This document shows, one piece after another, positions 12,301 to 19,875 of a stretch of DNA of 62,882 bases (position 1 is its first letter; each line of letters opens with the position of its first letter). The position numbers and the translations under genes were made by a program. The stretch lies in IMG/VR virus record IMGVR_UViG_3300032038_000019. One strand, written 5' to 3'. Under the pieces are notes generated by a model that ran no database searches, was not told the DNA's origin, and worked only from the letters and a program-made list of their open reading frames with translations. The stretch comes from an uncultured virus (IMG/VR IMGVR_UViG_3300032038_000019). Taxonomy: Duplodnaviria > Heunggongvirae > Uroviricota > Caudoviricetes.

Positions 12301-12879
12301 TTGATTTATGTTATACCCTTTAGATATTAAATCTCTAGGTTTTTGTGAAATAACACCTATGTCAGAAAGGTCAATGTCCACGTGAATTTGCGTACTACCT
12401 GTAGGTATACCAAAAATCATATAATCGCCAGCTTTATTTGTGGTTGTTGTATATTTATAATATTTGTCATAAACTTCCAGCATAGAATCATTGTCCAACA
12501 CCAACCTTTTTGAAGGGAAAGTACCTACTTTGCTATAGCATTTATTTTCCGAATAATTTGGCAGTATGTTATATCTTTTACCGTTTTTATTAGTATCATT
12601 AACCTCCTTATAAGGGTAAAGATTCACTAAATCATTATTTAGTGAATCTTCGTCAGTTAATGGTATAAACACAGAAACCTTTGCATTTGGTATACCAAAT
12701 GCATCATTAGCTAATACTCGCCCAACAATAACGCCATAATTAGCAGAATGTATTTTATAAGCATCTTCTTGGGATAATTGTAAAGATAATATTTCAAATA
12801 AATCAACATTTTGTTTCATATTTAAATGCAACACTTTATCTTTACCAATATCCGCTTTTATTCTTAAAGTTTTGTCCAT
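9349..12879 (-). CDS. Putative baseplate/tail structural protein
   Basis: 1176 aa; N-terminal GVIVGRVLANDAFGIPNAKVSVF...TTNKAGDYMIFGIPTG resembles a carboxypeptidase-regulatory-like beta sandwich; follows the baseplate wedge gene. Confidence 0.6.
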   Translation of the reverse strand: MDKTLRIKADIGKDKVLHLNMKQNVDLFEILSLQLSQEDAYKIHSANYGVIVGRVLANDAFGIPNAKVSVFIPLTDEDSLNNDLVNLYPYKEVNDTNKNGKRYNILPNYSENKCYSKVGTFPSKRLVLDNDSMLEVYDKYYKYTTTTNKAGDYMIFGIPTGSTQIHVDIDLSDIGVISQKPRDLISKGYNINQFQSPTKFNESNTLDNLAQLYSQNETVMVYPFWGDENFEQIAISRKDVSIQYEFTTSCVFLGSVITDSRNNNISFDCDVSENMGEMSQLVPNEGTIEMIRKTPYGNVEELVIKGNQLIDSDGTWCYQIPMNLDYVGMDEKGNIVPTNDPTKGIPTRASVRFRFSLTENSDSTISRHKAKYLVPNNPKINDGGLRSPILVDDDYDNMYEFGTNTPDSCFRDLLWDCVYSVKNYIPRTQINNYLSQYYTGIKGVNKESSNSKNIFPYNKIRTKVNLSTNEILSNFWDDFFSEKAEVKQFQYVFWDSAVNRTQYPELDTYIESVLEEDDAISLDFYNDWINGCLYFPLWYWRNNATNSLNGNVSYIDTFCSSSKSYNNLILADTGNLPICFEGYGGLASDTMYVKNHLIYDNNKNALNDAPRTNGKYSFFYRIFKYFRNLYTTYFDDVVYRYDKIINYMKLNNGLIKNVLNKDGINIYYYNSSQYSEGTSNKIIRRLYSTDIILLGSLSDSDINGIPKFSNIYPMSSCNLPPMGTHSDDEGNNSVTGMHWGTSKDDENIDIDDEGYRMRKGLLFGTRRNWYTFYEYIWLLIGRKEYKSIITAYTSPKTFINLERICELGVSLDMPIADKNGDGLITVDEIQDNYSRQIFSTLNSNTLIVSDDSTNNITGYNFYKLKYLCPYDFNGLLKSYKEYYSNNSDATIPEEENGFDEVDNDYLKFRFGETPKFYIKRSNDEYFFPLYNNSFYFYFGINEGSTAIDKFKRDYIDECLTDSDSASNMNVQINYTASTYCNDNNGVVTISCTNCHKFEYTFGDYVGVSSDDSNIVTISNLANGTYRTEVTGYDSNGYKVGSYTNTIKVYPTPIKFELTSTNIATESEDEVGSILINYIELYGFNQNIIDFNDGNNFATLSTNVGNETYKVKVIFSGNSDYDGKLFFDSNLGKIFFAFETKKIPAGIYSITLQEYCGENPTENKLTHSIQINDTDGQ

Positions 12880-13064
12880 TGTTTCAAGTCATCATAACGA
12901 AATAAATTATAAGCAAACATAACATTTTCCTTAAATGTAAATGCTATGTGTTTTAAAAGAACCCTTACTTTCATAAAAATTGATAAATTAAGTTTTTTTT
13001 CGCCATTCTTTATGGAAGTTCTAAGCTCTTTATATGTTCTAATACGTTTACAGTTTTTACACAT
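12864..13064 (-). CDS. Small hypothetical protein
   Basis: 66-aa ORF filling the gap between two structural genes (3 bp after the upstream stop, overlapping the downstream start). Confidence 0.45.
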   Translation of the reverse strand: MCKNCKRIRTYKELRTSIKNGEKKLNLSIFMKVRVLLKHIAFTFKENVMFAYNLFRYDDLKQWTKL

Positions 13065-13067
13065 AGT

Positions 13068-15071
13068 TTATTTTAATTTACATCTTATTTGTATATCTTG
13101 CGTAGGGTTTAATATTTCAAATTGTGAATTATAATCACTATACAATACTCTGTCAATAGAATCCAAATCAATAGGCTTATATACACTTTCACCAATCATA
13201 AAGGTTGGCGAGCTATTAGAAGTGCAATCATTACTATCATCTAATAAAGGATAAGGTGCTTTATCAGTACTATAATTCCCGTTATTGTCTGAATAAATGT
13301 TATAAACCCTTAAAGAAATTAAGCTTAATACACCATCTATTAGTGTTATTTCTTTTTCTAAATCACCAATAAAAATATCTTCGCCCATGTCATGTTTTTC
13401 AACTGACATATAATCTTTTATTTTATTAATAATATTTTCTAAGACATTAGCTGAATTATATGATTTATCAATAAAAACATCTACTGAAAACCCCAAATTG
13501 TATATTTTACCGCTTTTAATTTCGATGTAATCGTTTATTGTCCTATAATGTGACATATACTCCATAATATTATTAACTAAGGCTTCTGGCAAAGATTTAT
13601 CAAGTTTACCATTTGAATCTAAACCCAATAAACTAATAACGATTTTATTGTTTTCCTCTATTGCTGATGACCTAAAAGGTGCACCATATTTAGGTGGCAT
13701 CATCATAAGCCTTGTTTTATAATCTTTAACAGTCACACAACGTTCCTGTGAAGCATTATTGTATTTAGTCAAATATTTAATCTCTTCAGTTGAAGGTGCA
13801 TCTTTACCTGCTACAGATGGAGATATGTTTGTGACTGACATACTTGTTAATACACTTCCTTTTACTTTATCACTAAGTCCATCACTATGAAATTGTGCAT
13901 TAAGTAATGAAATGGAATTTATCGCCCCTACAGCTAAATTTGTTTCAGAGCCACCACCTATTTCATATAAAACATACATAGTCCACCCTTGTCTTGGAAG
14001 TACACCTAACATATCATTATTTATAATTTTGCTTGCACGATACTCACCATATTTGCTACTCCCTTCAGGTATCTCGTCATAATTAATGCCACTGCCAAAA
14101 ATAATTTTAATATACCCATTGTCAGTATATTCAGTGATATATTTTTGCGTGACAGGTTTCCATTTACCTTTATAGTATCTTACCATTTTGTTATCGTCCC
14201 CATTTATGGCGTAATCTTCATAAAGTTCAGGATTTAAGGTATCTTTAATAATATTATTATCGAAATTAGATTCCGTGCCAAATCTCCATTGGTCAGCCAA
14301 AGAATTAGTTTCGAAATACCTATATGTCATTGCAGCATTTTTATCTACTTTGTATTGTTCTTCGTCATAATAAAATTCTTGTATATCTGGGTCATTAGAA
14401 AAATCAGAAGATTCTTTAAATATAATAGATTCTATATTCATTACATTAGTATCTGGTAAAACTATTTCCATAAATGGCTTAATGTCAGTGGATTGAAGAA
14501 TTTTTTTAAAAATTCTTGATACACCATTTACTGCTATAGTTGTTTTAGAAACAGTATAACTTGTAATTGACCCATTAGAGTTCCTATTAGGTTCATAAGA
14601 CCTGTTAGAAAAACTTTCACTGTTAAATTGTTCAGCAAAATCAACATCTTCAGTTAAATGAAATTGATAATTACCTGCTGATACTATTGTGTTTTTTCTA
14701 ACAATAGGTGCATAATTCCAATTAGGTGCTGACAGATTATTTTCTTGTGTATCATTAACAGGTAAAACGCAGCTTAACCTAATTTCGCACATACTTGCTT
14801 TAGCGCCTGGTATTTTCAACCCGTTAGAACGTGCATTGTTTAAAATAGAACTTTTTAACGTTGCAGAATTAGGATTGGTCTCTTGATACATCCTATCTAT
14901 ATGATATGACAAATTATCTGCAACTGATGATACTAAATCAACAAACCAAGCACCAACAGACGAATCGTTGAAATCGTCTGATAACTCAGGATAATATTTT
15001 TTGCTAAAATCTATTAACTCTGAACGATAATCAGAATAGTTCCTTGCTAAATAATTGATTTTTTTGTCCAT
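13068..15071 (-). CDS. Baseplate wedge subunit (T4 gp6 / baseplate J-like)
   Basis: INYLARNYSDYRSELIDF...FVDLVSSVADNLSYHID N-terminus; GKDAPSTEEIK...ASQERCVTVKDY motif; directly follows the gp25-like gene. Confidence 0.85.
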   Translation of the reverse strand: MDKKINYLARNYSDYRSELIDFSKKYYPELSDDFNDSSVGAWFVDLVSSVADNLSYHIDRMYQETNPNSATLKSSILNNARSNGLKIPGAKASMCEIRLSCVLPVNDTQENNLSAPNWNYAPIVRKNTIVSAGNYQFHLTEDVDFAEQFNSESFSNRSYEPNRNSNGSITSYTVSKTTIAVNGVSRIFKKILQSTDIKPFMEIVLPDTNVMNIESIIFKESSDFSNDPDIQEFYYDEEQYKVDKNAAMTYRYFETNSLADQWRFGTESNFDNNIIKDTLNPELYEDYAINGDDNKMVRYYKGKWKPVTQKYITEYTDNGYIKIIFGSGINYDEIPEGSSKYGEYRASKIINNDMLGVLPRQGWTMYVLYEIGGGSETNLAVGAINSISLLNAQFHSDGLSDKVKGSVLTSMSVTNISPSVAGKDAPSTEEIKYLTKYNNASQERCVTVKDYKTRLMMMPPKYGAPFRSSAIEENNKIVISLLGLDSNGKLDKSLPEALVNNIMEYMSHYRTINDYIEIKSGKIYNLGFSVDVFIDKSYNSANVLENIINKIKDYMSVEKHDMGEDIFIGDLEKEITLIDGVLSLISLRVYNIYSDNNGNYSTDKAPYPLLDDSNDCTSNSSPTFMIGESVYKPIDLDSIDRVLYSDYNSQFEILNPTQDIQIRCKLK

Positions 15072-15460
15072 TATAATTCTGTTACAATACTATCTTTTGA
15101 TAATTTATTTCCTTGTTTAACCGAATAGTCTATTCTAACATATACTGCATTAGCTTCATCATCACTTTTAGCTACTTGTATGTCATTTAGAATAACGTTA
15201 TTTACATAACGTTGTACTGAATCAGTTATTTCGTTTTTTAAACCATCCCATGTTATATTATCGTTTGGTTCAAAAATATATCTAATTAAATCAGTGCCAA
15301 AATCTGGTTCACGGAGTCTTTGCCCTTTTGGTGTAAAAATTACGTGCATTATCTGGCTTCTGACTTTATCTTTTTCATCATTATTTACATCCATAAAGAA
15401 TTTTTGGAAATCTTTGTTTGTGAATGGGTATTTTATACCAAAATATTGAATTTTAGCCAT
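15071..15460 (-). CDS. Baseplate wedge protein, GPW/gp25 family
   Basis: IFTPKGQRLREPDFGTDLIRYIFEP is the gp25-family signature; 129 aa. Confidence 0.9.
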   Translation of the reverse strand: MAKIQYFGIKYPFTNKDFQKFFMDVNNDEKDKVRSQIMHVIFTPKGQRLREPDFGTDLIRYIFEPNDNITWDGLKNEITDSVQRYVNNVILNDIQVAKSDDEANAVYVRIDYSVKQGNKLSKDSIVTEL

Positions 15461-15522
15461 AGTAATATTTTTATTAACTATAATTATCTAAATTATATAA
15501 TTTTATGATGTTTATTAAACAA

Positions 15523-15554
15523 TAATGCCTTGGATTTTGATACCCAAGGCATTA
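15523..15554. terminator. Hairpin, likely intrinsic terminator after the protease gene
   Basis: taatgccttgg...ccaaggcatta inverted repeat just downstream of the 15563 stop. Confidence 0.55.
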
Positions 15555-15562
15555 ATATTTAT

Positions 15563-16189
15563 TTAATCTATAATTGTCCACATTTCTTTAAACGTTCTTA
15601 ATTCATCCCAATTTATATGAGTGTACCCGTTATCGCCAAACGATGTGCCCCAAGAGTTCCTAATTATTAGTCCATTTTTATCATACCCTACTATTGATAT
15701 TGCATGACCACCCATAAAAGATGAATATCCTTCATCACGCCAGAAATATTTATCTGTACTATAAACAGGTAATGCGCCAACAAGTGGTCCATTTAACAAT
15801 AAAGCTTGTTTAATTTGTAAAGCACCACCTACTAAAGCATATTTATCAATTTTTAAAACGCCTGCGTCAGAACGTACACCTTTGTGCTTAATATATTTCA
15901 AGGCATCTTTAAATGTCATGCCATTATCCCCACCTGTAGTTCTACTTGCATAAATATCAAGTAACTTAACATTATTGTCCCTTTTATTATCACCATCAGT
16001 ATCAACATTTTTATTCCAATTTAAATGTGCTGATATTGAACAAGGTACACAAATAGGTCTTTCTCCTTGGTTTAGTATAGGTGGCAAAAAATTAACATAA
16101 GAATACGATTCAGGCAAATCTAACCCTTCAACAGTAACAAATTTTTTTTCAGTTCCATCCATTTTAGATGGTACAAACCCATAATTCAT
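15563..16189 (-). CDS. Papain-like cysteine peptidase (C1 family)
   Basis: NQGERPICVPCS (oxyanion Q, catalytic C), GGHAISIVGY (catalytic H), IRNSWGTSFGDNGY (catalytic N). Confidence 0.9.
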   Translation of the reverse strand: MNYGFVPSKMDGTEKKFVTVEGLDLPESYSYVNFLPPILNQGERPICVPCSISAHLNWNKNVDTDGDNKRDNNVKLLDIYASRTTGGDNGMTFKDALKYIKHKGVRSDAGVLKIDKYALVGGALQIKQALLLNGPLVGALPVYSTDKYFWRDEGYSSFMGGHAISIVGYDKNGLIIRNSWGTSFGDNGYTHINWDELRTFKEMWTIID

Positions 16190-16197
16190 AATATTTT

Positions 16198-16524
16198 TTA
16201 TTTCACCTCTCTTTTTGTAACTTTATATTTATCTAATGTTTTAGATACCCTATATATTTGCTCATTCTGACCAATACGTTTAATAAACAAATAGTCAGTT
16301 GTACCTGTACCTGTCTCAAAATCCCTATACTGTAGCTTTTGCCATTTACTTAAATCAGAAGGAATACTATCACTAACGCAAATAGAATCAAATTGTTCTA
16401 CAGTGAAGACGTTATCAACGACATTTTGCATTGAACTTCCGAATGGAATATCATTTGTCACGACTTCTTTAGGGGTGCACCCTATGAACAATCCGAACAA
16501 AGTAATAAATAATATTTTTTTCAT
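16198..16524 (-). CDS. Putative lipoprotein
   Basis: MKK + hydrophobic stretch + LFIG|C lipobox-like site; 108 aa. Confidence 0.7.
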   Translation of the reverse strand: MKKILFITLFGLFIGCTPKEVVTNDIPFGSSMQNVVDNVFTVEQFDSICVSDSIPSDLSKWQKLQYRDFETGTGTTDYLFIKRIGQNEQIYRVSKTLDKYKVTKREVK

Positions 16525-16546
16525 ATTTCACTTTTTATATAAATAC

Positions 16547-16575
16547 AAAAAAGGTGAGCATTTCTGCTCACCTTT
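16547..16575 (-). terminator. Intrinsic terminator after nrdG
   Basis: aaaggtgagca-tttc-tgctcaccttt hairpin with a U-tract on the minus strand. Confidence 0.75.
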
Positions 16576-16577
16576 GA

Positions 16578-17066
16578 CTAATTTAATTCGCTTTTAATAA
16601 AATTTCCTTCGTTATCTTTTTCCCATATTATTTGGTTTTTAGAACCCTTAAATTTTAATGTAATATCACGTTCTTTAATGTGGAATTCACCATCCACTAA
16701 ATAATTCACATAAGGTAAAATTTCTTTCTTATTACAATTTTGTATGTCTTCTAATGTATAACCTGTATATAACCAAACGTCTTTAGATGGAAACCTTTCC
16801 TTTATTTCCTTAACTAAATTTAACACATCATCAAAGGAATCAAGTGGGTCTCCCCCACTTAATGTAAGCCCTTTGATATATGGTTTAGATAATATCTCAA
16901 ATAATTTACTCTTGTCTTCTTCAGTAAATTCTCTGCCACTTTTAAAGTCCCAAGTTTTTTTATTTTGGCATCCTTCACAATGATGTGAACAGCCTGCCAA
17001 CCATAAAGTAGCTCTACATCCCAATCCATTATTAACATCTGGGTAAGTAATACTCCAAATTCTCAT
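16578..17066 (-). CDS. nrdG: Anaerobic ribonucleotide reductase activating enzyme (radical SAM)
   Basis: DVNNGLGCRATLWLAGCSHHCEGCQN (CxxxCxxC), GLTLSGGDPL, LVDGEF, FKGSKNQ; next to nrdD. Confidence 0.95.
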   Translation of the reverse strand: MRIWSITYPDVNNGLGCRATLWLAGCSHHCEGCQNKKTWDFKSGREFTEEDKSKLFEILSKPYIKGLTLSGGDPLDSFDDVLNLVKEIKERFPSKDVWLYTGYTLEDIQNCNKKEILPYVNYLVDGEFHIKERDITLKFKGSKNQIIWEKDNEGNFIKSELN

Positions 17067-17074
17067 AACTCATT

Positions 17075-17341
17075 TTATATTATTAACTTTATGCTAAAAT
17101 TTTCATCGAAAACTAATGAAGGTTTCTTGTTAAACCACTTTTCAGTACCACATTCAATGTAGCCGAAATTAGTAGTATTTCCAGTTAATCTAGGTAAGCC
17201 TTCACTATACCCTCTAATACATTTCATAAAGTTTTTTTTGTCTAAATCACTTTGGAAATTAATATTACATAGCGATTCAGTGTTGGATAAATTAATCTTT
17301 ACAACTTCATCATCGTAAATAAATAATAAATTGTCAATCAT
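17075..17341 (-). CDS. Hypothetical protein
   Basis: 88-aa ATG-initiated ORF between nrdD and nrdG. Confidence 0.55.
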   Translation of the reverse strand: MIDNLLFIYDDEVVKINLSNTESLCNINFQSDLDKKNFMKCIRGYSEGLPRLTGNTTNFGYIECGTEKWFNKKPSLVFDENFSIKLII

Positions 17342-17420
17342 AATTTTTGACTTTTATATAAATTCTATTACTATTAATAATTTTATTCATATTTAATTGC
17401 GCTAAGGTTTAAAATATTTA

Positions 17421-17451
17421 TTAAACCCAGAAAACGCATTTCTGGGTTTAA
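17421..17451. terminator. Hairpin after nrdD
   Basis: ttaaacccagaaa...tttctgggtttaa inverted repeat. Confidence 0.55.
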
Positions 17452-17458
17452 TTCTTTT

Positions 17459-19663
17459 TTAAAATTGTTTAATATGTTTTACTCTATGTTCTACTTCATC
17501 TTGTTTACCTTCGTTGAAGGCTGTTTTATAATCACCTGTTAAATAACCTGTTACACGTCTTAAGTGAGAAATGTGATGTCCACCACACATAGGGCACGTA
17601 TCATTCATTTCATCTACATAGCCACAATCATTGCAAGTATCATTTGGTACATTAATCGCAAAATAAGGTATGTCTTTATCCATTGCATAATTAACAATAG
17701 TTTCCAAAGCTTCTATATTATTCTTTGTTGAAGCAGGTAATTCAACATAAGTGATACAGCCTGCATTTGAATAATTTGTCAGCTGTGATTCAATGTCTAT
17801 CTTCTCAAAAGGAGTCATTTCCTTCCATACAGGAACATGCATTGAATTAGTGAAGAATTCCTTATCAGAAACATTTTTGATAACACCATATTTTGCTTTA
17901 AATTTATTTAGTGCAGTGTGGCAAAGATTTTCTGCTGGTGTGTAATAAACACCAAAATTAAGTTTATATTTTTCTTTAAATTCTTTGCATCGTTTATTAA
18001 ACAATGATTCAATCTTCTTAGCAAGTTTCATACCTTCATCTGTAGTATGGTCTTTACCAATTAAAAGCTGAAGTGTTTCTGCCAAAGCTATTTGTCCCAC
18101 TGCTAATGTACCGTGTTTCAATGCTGAGCGAGGGCCTTCTTTAGGGTCATAGCCAAACATCACATTATTTTCCCACATAAATTTAGCAGATGCTGGATTT
18201 TGCTTACACATAAGTTCATATCTTTCAATAAGCATATCTTTAGCTTCGCCAATTTTCTTATCCAAAAGTTTCATAAACTTATCAATGTTACAGTCTGCTT
18301 CCATCGCTAATGTAGGTAGAATGATAGTTACAGGTGCTAAGTTACCTCTACCGTCCTTCATTTGACCCATACCATTAATATCAAAACCATTATATGTTCT
18401 GCAACCCATCGTGGCAGTATATGTTCTTGGGTCATTTCTATCATACCCCTCATTAACTGACCAATCTACGTTCACATAATTAGGATAAAGTCTTTGCGAA
18501 GTAGACTTTAGTGCTAATTTAAATAAATCATAGTTAGGGTCACCTTCTTTCCTGTTAACACCTTTCATGCATTGGAAAATACTACAAGGGAAAATTGGTG
18601 TTTTATGGAACTTACCAACACCTTTAATAGAGCCTTCCAATAAAGCTTTTGTCACAATTCTACCTTCAGGCAATGTACAAGTGCCGTAGTTGATAGATGT
18701 GAATGGCAATTGGCAACCACTTCTGCTCTGCAATGTGTTGAGATTATGATAAAGACCTTCAACTGCTTGTGACAATTCTTTTTCAGTCATTGCCATTGCA
18801 TATTCCCAAGCATCTTCATGTTTTGCCTTAAAATCTTCATCATCAAAATGAATTGTTCCGTCAGGATGATTTTCTTTATCATTCTGAACCCATTTAATAA
18901 ATCTATTTGCTTTATATTCACTTAAACTTTCAACATATACTAAGCCATTTTGTAGATGCTTAGTAAATGATTTTCTAACATATGGTACAATAGACCAATC
19001 AAGATGTGTGTATGATACACCGCCAAATTGTTGCAATGATTGTAATTGAAACACTACTGCCAACAATTGGAATGCTGTGTTAATTGAATTAGCAGGCCTA
19101 ACATCAGTCTGTCTTGTATTGAAGCCTTTGGCTAATAAATCATCAATAGGAATACTTAGACAGTTATGCATACCTACTGCATATGAATCTAAATCATGAA
19201 TATAAATTTCATTGTTAAGGTGATTATTTCTTGATTTTCTTGACATACAATAATCAAGAGCATATTGCTTAGTTACTAATCTACTTGCTTCACCTATTCT
19301 ACCACCAAATGAACATTCATCAACGTTCGCATTCTGATTCTGAACATCTTCAGCCAATAATTTTTTACGTAAGCCCTTAGTAAGTTTGCTTTGACTTTCT
19401 CTAATTACTTTGTGTTCATATCTATATATAATATACGCTTTTGCTACGTCTGGATTTGAACCCATTAAGCATCGTTCTACATTGTCTTGAATTTCTTCAA
19501 CATCAACCACAATATCTTCATTTTCATTGTATATTGATTTAATACAATCCAATGCATCTAATTCAGGCGTTTTTTTTAAAGATTCAAAAGCTGCACGTAT
19601 TGCTTTTTCTACCTTATCAATCTGAAACTCTTCAACGGTTTTATCACGTTTTAAAACTTTCAT
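17459..19663 (-). CDS. nrdD: Anaerobic (class III) ribonucleoside-triphosphate reductase with ATP cone
   Basis: N-terminal ATP cone VLKRDKTVEEF; IYIHDLD; HNCL; TMGCRT; YYTPAENLC; zinc site CNDC...CPMC; glycyl-radical loop RRVTGYL. Confidence 0.97.
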   Translation of the reverse strand: MKVLKRDKTVEEFQIDKVEKAIRAAFESLKKTPELDALDCIKSIYNENEDIVVDVEEIQDNVERCLMGSNPDVAKAYIIYRYEHKVIRESQSKLTKGLRKKLLAEDVQNQNANVDECSFGGRIGEASRLVTKQYALDYCMSRKSRNNHLNNEIYIHDLDSYAVGMHNCLSIPIDDLLAKGFNTRQTDVRPANSINTAFQLLAVVFQLQSLQQFGGVSYTHLDWSIVPYVRKSFTKHLQNGLVYVESLSEYKANRFIKWVQNDKENHPDGTIHFDDEDFKAKHEDAWEYAMAMTEKELSQAVEGLYHNLNTLQSRSGCQLPFTSINYGTCTLPEGRIVTKALLEGSIKGVGKFHKTPIFPCSIFQCMKGVNRKEGDPNYDLFKLALKSTSQRLYPNYVNVDWSVNEGYDRNDPRTYTATMGCRTYNGFDINGMGQMKDGRGNLAPVTIILPTLAMEADCNIDKFMKLLDKKIGEAKDMLIERYELMCKQNPASAKFMWENNVMFGYDPKEGPRSALKHGTLAVGQIALAETLQLLIGKDHTTDEGMKLAKKIESLFNKRCKEFKEKYKLNFGVYYTPAENLCHTALNKFKAKYGVIKNVSDKEFFTNSMHVPVWKEMTPFEKIDIESQLTNYSNAGCITYVELPASTKNNIEALETIVNYAMDKDIPYFAINVPNDTCNDCGYVDEMNDTCPMCGGHHISHLRRVTGYLTGDYKTAFNEGKQDEVEHRVKHIKQF

Positions 19664-19779
19664 GCTTTTTTATTTATATATTTCTTATTTTATTATTTTT
19701 TGCTTGTATATTTCATCACGTTAACGTTGTAGAAATAAATAGAAGCACATTTCATAAAATTCAAATTAAAAAATTAAAT

Positions 19780-19822
19780 AAAAAAAGTTGGCTGCGCTAA
19801 TCCCCTTAGAACAGCCAACTTT
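19780..19822 (-). terminator. Intrinsic terminator after the helicase gene
   Basis: aaagttggctg...cagccaacttt stem with a U-tract on the minus strand. Confidence 0.65.
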
Positions 19823-19875
19823 ACGTTAAAAAATTTTTTTATTTTTTTTTATTATTAAAAAAAATAAACTTTGTA

